Assembly: GCA_002085025.1 (NCBI GenBank)
Contig: MZGK01000002.1
Location: forward strand, 15,341-79,340
Direction of reading: 5' to 3'
DNA length: 64,000 nt
Source of the DNA: Candidatus Omnitrophica bacterium 4484_213
GTDB lineage: Bacteria; Omnitrophota; 4484-213
Each line of letters begins with the position of its first letter. The stretch's first letter is position 1. This document shows, in pieces, positions 60,362-64,000 of this stretch. The notes under the pieces were generated by a model. The model worked only from the letters and a program-made list of their open reading frames with translations. It ran no database searches and had not been told where the DNA came from. The position numbers and the translations under genes were made by a program.

Positions 60362-60717
60362 TTATCCTGAGATTTTCTTTAGTAAATCTGCAAATCTCTT
60401 GGCAAATCTTTGGCAGTTAGCTTCTACCCTTTTGTCCAAAGCGCCAATGGCTACCGGGCCATAGTGGTCGCCCTCGGAGTCGCCCTGAACAACCATTCCG
60501 TGAATAAGCATTGCCTCTAAAATGCTCAAGATAGCGGTTTCATTTCCTCCGCCGATATTATTAGAAGAAGTGAATGCTCCTCCTATTTTTCCATCCAACT
60601 TTCCTCAACCCTTTTAAGAATAACCTCCAGATTTTCTTTTTTAATGGACTCAGCGATTGTCTCAGCCATCTGTTTGGTATTCCCTGTCTTTGAATAATAA
60701 GCAATCAATACCTTCAT
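60362..60717 (-). pseudogene. WrbA-like flavodoxin (NAD(P)H:quinone oxidoreductase) in two frames with the central about 70 aa absent
   Basis: MKVLIAYYSKTGNTKQMAETIAESIKKENLEVILKRVEE (WrbA N-terminus) ends at stop 60583. A second frame gives LDGKIGGAFTSSNNIGGGNETAILSILEAMLIHGMVVQGDSEGDHYGPVAIGALD (WrbA C-terminal half). Confidence 0.5.
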
Positions 60718-61025
60718 TTTGTACCTTTTTTCCTTACTCGCCGAAGGCGAGAGCCGAAGCCCGCCTACGCTCGTAGGCGGGCTGAGGATAGGAAATCTGC
60801 AAAGCAGATTTCCGCTTTTTGTCTTTTCCTTTCTCGCGAATCGAGAGCCTGCCTGCGCCCGTAAGGGTAAGCGAAACGAAGGATAGAAATGGACGAAGTC
60901 CATTTCGCTTTTATTTATTTCCTTTCTTTGCTCGCCAGTTCCTTTTAAGGGCAATAGAGAAGTTGCCCCTAATTATACCTGAAGGTGAGAGCCAAAGCCT
61001 CGAGAGTTCAAGGCTGAGGATAAAA
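60718..61025 (+). ncRNA. Three tandem family-4 structured units between the flavodoxin gene and the wrbA-like gene
   Basis: Unit 1 (60727-60815) has ctcgccgaaggcgag and cccgcctacgctcgtaggcggg as covarying substitutes for hairpins 1 and 2. Unit 2 (60822-60905) has ctcgcgaatcgag and a terminal hairpin aaatggacgaagtccattt plus T-run. Unit 3 (60910-61025) carries gggcaATAGAGAAGTTgccc and ends ctgaggataaaag. Confidence 0.65.
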
Positions 61026-61031
61026 GTATAG

Positions 61032-61544
61032 TTAGCCATAGACATGCTGGTAGAGATTACTCTCATTTTTCAATGCATCTTTGATTACTTCGCTTGCTAA
61101 ACTTTGTTTATCAACCTTTGACTCCTGAATAGAAAATCTAAAAATTTTCTTTGCACCTTTGTTTCTCACTTCCTTCTCCATTATATTTAAACATCGCCTT
61201 ACACCGAGTCCACTCCCATAAGTAACAAATAGAATGATATCCTTGCCCTGCATACCTTTGCATTCTTCTAAATATTTATTCATTGCCGGAGCGGGTGCAA
61301 AAGCCCAAACCGGCGTTCCTAAACAAATAAGAGCGTATTCAGAAAGGTCTATCTTTATAGGTTTAATCTTCGTCTTTGCTCTCTTAAAGGCTTGCACCGC
61401 TTGAGTAAAAAATGCTTTTGGTTCATTAATAGACTCTAATTTGATTAACTCACCAGAGCCATTTTGCCTAATATGCTCAGCCAATATCTCAGCAACCTTC
61501 GCCGTATTACCGCTATGGGAGTAATAGATAATGATTGATTTCAT
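61032..61544 (-). CDS. Flavodoxin-domain protein
   Basis: MKSIIIYYSHSGNTAKVAEILAEHI FMN-binding loop and the flavodoxin-like fold. Confidence 0.75.
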   Translation of the reverse strand: MKSIIIYYSHSGNTAKVAEILAEHIRQNGSGELIKLESINEPKAFFTQAVQAFKRAKTKIKPIKIDLSEYALICLGTPVWAFAPAPAMNKYLEECKGMQGKDIILFVTYGSGLGVRRCLNIMEKEVRNKGAKKIFRFSIQESKVDKQSLASEVIKDALKNESNLYQHVYG

Positions 61545-61695
61545 TATTTAATCCATCTTCCAAGAGATATTACTTTAATTTCGAAACTGCTTCCATAAGC
61601 GCTCAAACCGAGATTCATATATTAGATAGTAAAGATAGGCCTTATTGGGAAATAACTTCTTTATCAACTCCTTAAACTTATTTTTCTCTATCTCT

Positions 61696-61971
61696 CTATG
61701 CGGGGATAATCAGAATTAAAATAAGGGAAACTATCTTTTCTGAAGCCCTCTTTATCTTTGAGAGTTTCTCCTCTTCAACTTCTTGCTCATAGTGCTTGAG
61801 TTCTTTTCCTAAGTTATCTGTAAACTCCTTATGTTTTAATCCGATTCTTTCTCCGCATTCACAGATTACTCCTTTTTCAAATTCAAACAGGGTTACGTCG
61901 TATTCTCTACCACACTTAGGACATCTTATGGCCATAACTTCTACAGCTCTATCTTTTCCAGACATGCTCAT
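61696..61971 (-). CDS. Small zinc-ribbon protein
   Basis: CPKCG...CECGE (CxxC...CxC) and a C-terminal hydrophobic tail. Confidence 0.4.
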   Translation of the reverse strand: MSMSGKDRAVEVMAIRCPKCGREYDVTLFEFEKGVICECGERIGLKHKEFTDNLGKELKHYEQEVEEEKLSKIKRASEKIVSLILILIIPA

Positions 61972-62496
61972 GACAATTAGAAATGGGAAATAGAAATTTA
62001 ATGTTTATTATCGTTTCTACGCCTCTGACCCTGCTTTCCCAATAAAGTTCTTTTTCTCTATTTTTAAAATGGTCGTCTAAAAAATCTGAACCTAAGTGGT
62101 TTTAAAAACCAATCAAAATCATACCAATAACCTTCCTTTACTCCCTTTGCATCACATAAAAGAAGGATTGATTCTTTGGTTCATCAAATTCTATCTTAGA
62201 ATTAATAATGTTTCTATTATACCTCTGGATATTTCTTTTAAAAGAATCAATTTCTTTAGTTGTAAATTCTTCTTTAGAATTTAAAATTTCATAAAAATCC
62301 TCTTCATCCCAAAAAGCTTCCTTTTGGCAATGAAGAACCCCTCCTTCTGCTTCTATTTTATATCTTCTTTTATCGCATTAATATCTATTTGTTCTGATAT
62401 GCCAATAGATCTTCCCGCCAAAAAACTCCCAAGCTAACTAAACCGATTATTACTAATTTCCTCATTATAACGCCCTCTTCTTTGCTCGCTATACCT

Positions 62497-62636
62497 GCCT
62501 GCCGGTAGACAGTCGTTTATCCCGTTAGAGAAAGCCAGCGATTTCAATCGGTGGCCATTACCGATTGAAGCTGACGGTGGTTTAATGCCACCATCAGCGC
62601 AAACCGTTAGAGGACGAAATTCTCTAACGGGGTTTA
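62497..62636. repeat. REP-like structured element of the CCCGTTAGAG family with three internal hairpins and alternative pairing partners
   Basis: tcccgttagag ... tcaatcggtggccattaccgattga ... gctgacggtggtttaatgccaccatcagc ... ccgttagaggacgaaattctctaacgggg. Two copies of ccgttagag compete for one ctctaacgg. Confidence 0.55.
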
Positions 62637-62656
62637 CTTTTCTCAGAGTTCATTTT

Positions 62657-62881
62657 TCACACTAATTTCTGAATGAGTTTATTTCTCGTTTTTTCTCCCT
62701 TTATAATTCTCAACTCAGATTTCCTGCAGTTAAAATGTCTAGCTAAAATCTGGATGAGTAGTTTGTTTGCTTTTCCTTCAATTGCTGGTGCAGTAAGATA
62801 AACCTTAAATCCCTTTTCTTCCCTTTTGATTTCATTCCTTCTAGCATTAGGAATTACCTTTACGGGGATAACATTAGCCAT
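62657..62881 (-). CDS. DUF167 (YggU-like) protein
   Basis: IPVKVIPNARRNEI...LTAPAIEGKANKLLIQILARHF matches the YggU family. Confidence 0.6.
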   Translation of the reverse strand: MANVIPVKVIPNARRNEIKREEKGFKVYLTAPAIEGKANKLLIQILARHFNCRKSELRIIKGEKTRNKLIQKLV

Positions 62882-63305
62882 CTATCTCCATCTCATCTGG
62901 TTCCGGCCGATAAGAACGCATCTTTCTCTTCTCTGACCTTTCCCTTTTGGCTTCCAACATCTTCTCTTTGGCCCGCTTTGAACGTTTGCGCTTCTGCCTT
63001 CTTATTTTTTCTATCCGCTTCTTCTCTTCTGATAATACTCCTAATTTAATTCTCTCAATTTTATTTACCAGAATTCTCCTTGCCAAAAATCTATTCAAGG
63101 CCTGTGAACGCTCTTGTTGGCATTTTACCTCTATGCCAGTCGGTATATGCTTTAAATAAACGCAGGTGGATACTTTATTTACATATTGGCCCCCTTTTCC
63201 ACCTGAACGGATGAATTTCTCCACAAGGTCCTTTTCGTAAACCCCTAACCTGCGCATCCTTTTCTGCAATGCTTCTTGTTTAACCTCACTTACACCGAAG
63301 TTCAT
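62874..63305 (-). CDS. arfB: Peptidyl-tRNA hydrolase ArfB (RF-1 domain, GGQ motif)
   Basis: RSGGKGGQYVNKVSTCV...C-terminal basic tail. Confidence 0.8.
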   Translation of the reverse strand: MNFGVSEVKQEALQKRMRRLGVYEKDLVEKFIRSGGKGGQYVNKVSTCVYLKHIPTGIEVKCQQERSQALNRFLARRILVNKIERIKLGVLSEEKKRIEKIRRQKRKRSKRAKEKMLEAKRERSEKRKMRSYRPEPDEMEIDG

Positions 63306-63377
63306 AATACATCAAAGAGTTTTCTCATTTCGGCAATATAACCTAATTAGCTAAAATTCATAATGCTTTTTAAATGA

Positions 63378-63757
63378 TCAAATTCTAATAACCTCTCCAC
63401 GGTTAATCATATCCTCTATCTTTTGCCTAATCCAGTGTTTAAGCGAACCCCGCGTCAAGGGAACTGATCCTATAAGACCTATTATGTCTGTTATAAAGCC
63501 GGGCGTCAAAAGCAATATGCCGCTGCAAAAAATTAAAACGCCGTCAAGCAATTTATCCGCCGGCATCCTGCCTTGACTTACATCTTCCTGTATCCTCCGC
63601 AGAGTAATAAACCCCTGCATTTTCGCCAGATACGCCCCGGCTATGCCGGTAGAATAACAGCAACAACCATCCAGCTTATTCCTATATCCTGGCTAATTTT
63701 CACCACGAGAGTTAGTTCTATAACCGGAATTAAGATAAATAGTAAAATCAAATATCC
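63378..63757 (-). pseudogene. fxsA: fxsA with a frameshift between the N-terminal TM region (about 63640-63757) and the C-terminal part (63378..63620)
   Basis: Downstream frame has LIFCSGILLLTPGFITDIIGLIGSVPLTRG (FxsA signature). Upstream frame has MLGYLILLFILIPVIELTLVVKISQDIGISWMVVAVILPA followed by a stop, in a different frame. Confidence 0.5.
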
Positions 63758-64000
63758 TAACATGTGCACCTACTTTCACTCCCGTATTATTAAATTTTGT
63801 TTTCCTATGTGAACTAATAGCCATGGCAATAATTTCTTTATAGCATCTTCAGGGCAATGATTTCTTGGTGTTCTTTGAATTGCTTGTGTATTTGCTTCTG
63901 GATCTCTACTCAACAGCTCAATTGTTTCGTCGAGCAAAAAAAAGATAGACTAAAATCCTTTTGCCTGATAAAAAAATAAACTTCCAGAAGCCTCGGGAGA

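Noticed and set aside
56262-61025. Repeat-plus-variable-segment arrays as a CRISPR array
   Set aside because: The variable segments are themselves self-complementary hairpins of 15-22 nt, not spacer-like. Repeat spacing is irregular. Terminator T-runs sit inside each unit. No cas genes are present.

Overview
Low-GC (about 40 percent), densely coding bacterial chromosome segment; essentially every gene is on the minus strand. It is probably an uncultivated diderm lineage, given lptB, a Pal/OmpA-like lipoprotein and SPOR/TPR envelope proteins. Most of the content is housekeeping: isoprenoid synthesis (ispH, dxr, uppS), lipid synthesis (plsC, cdsA), a tyrA-cmk fusion, aminoacyl-tRNA synthetases (proS, alaS, trpS, cysS), dapA, purN, purU, rsmI, atpDC, ahcY, metK, a PTS/HPr regulatory locus (lptB-hpf-ptsN-hprK-yvcK-ptsH-ptsI with no rpoN), aromatic amino-acid genes (aroF-like, hisC, pheA, aroE), scpAB, glyA, dnaE, dgt, cstA, leuA, fmt, priA and cspA. 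Three tRNAs are present: Ala-CGC, initiator Met-CAU and Arg-CCG. Between 52 and 57 kb there is a cluster of DNA end-processing and base-excision-repair genes with unusual domain fusions. Downstream of tRNA-Ala there is a decayed accessory island (pilB/gspE pseudogene, degenerate GGDEF, IS3-type transposase remnant). The most striking content is non-coding. At least five families of intergenic repeats occur, several with compensatory base changes that preserve hairpins. One is a modular unit of about 85 nt (hairpin, AGCCGAAG, variable hairpin, CTGAGGATAG, GC hairpin plus T-run) present in 7 or more copies. It lies immediately 5' of the start codons of cspA, a flavodoxin, an ACT-domain gene and others, in tandem arrays. 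I think this is an undescribed structured cis-regulatory or mobile RNA element family. Several ORFs are artificially extended or disrupted by these repeats (alaS frameshift, ychF 5' truncation, wrbA-like and fxsA fragments).
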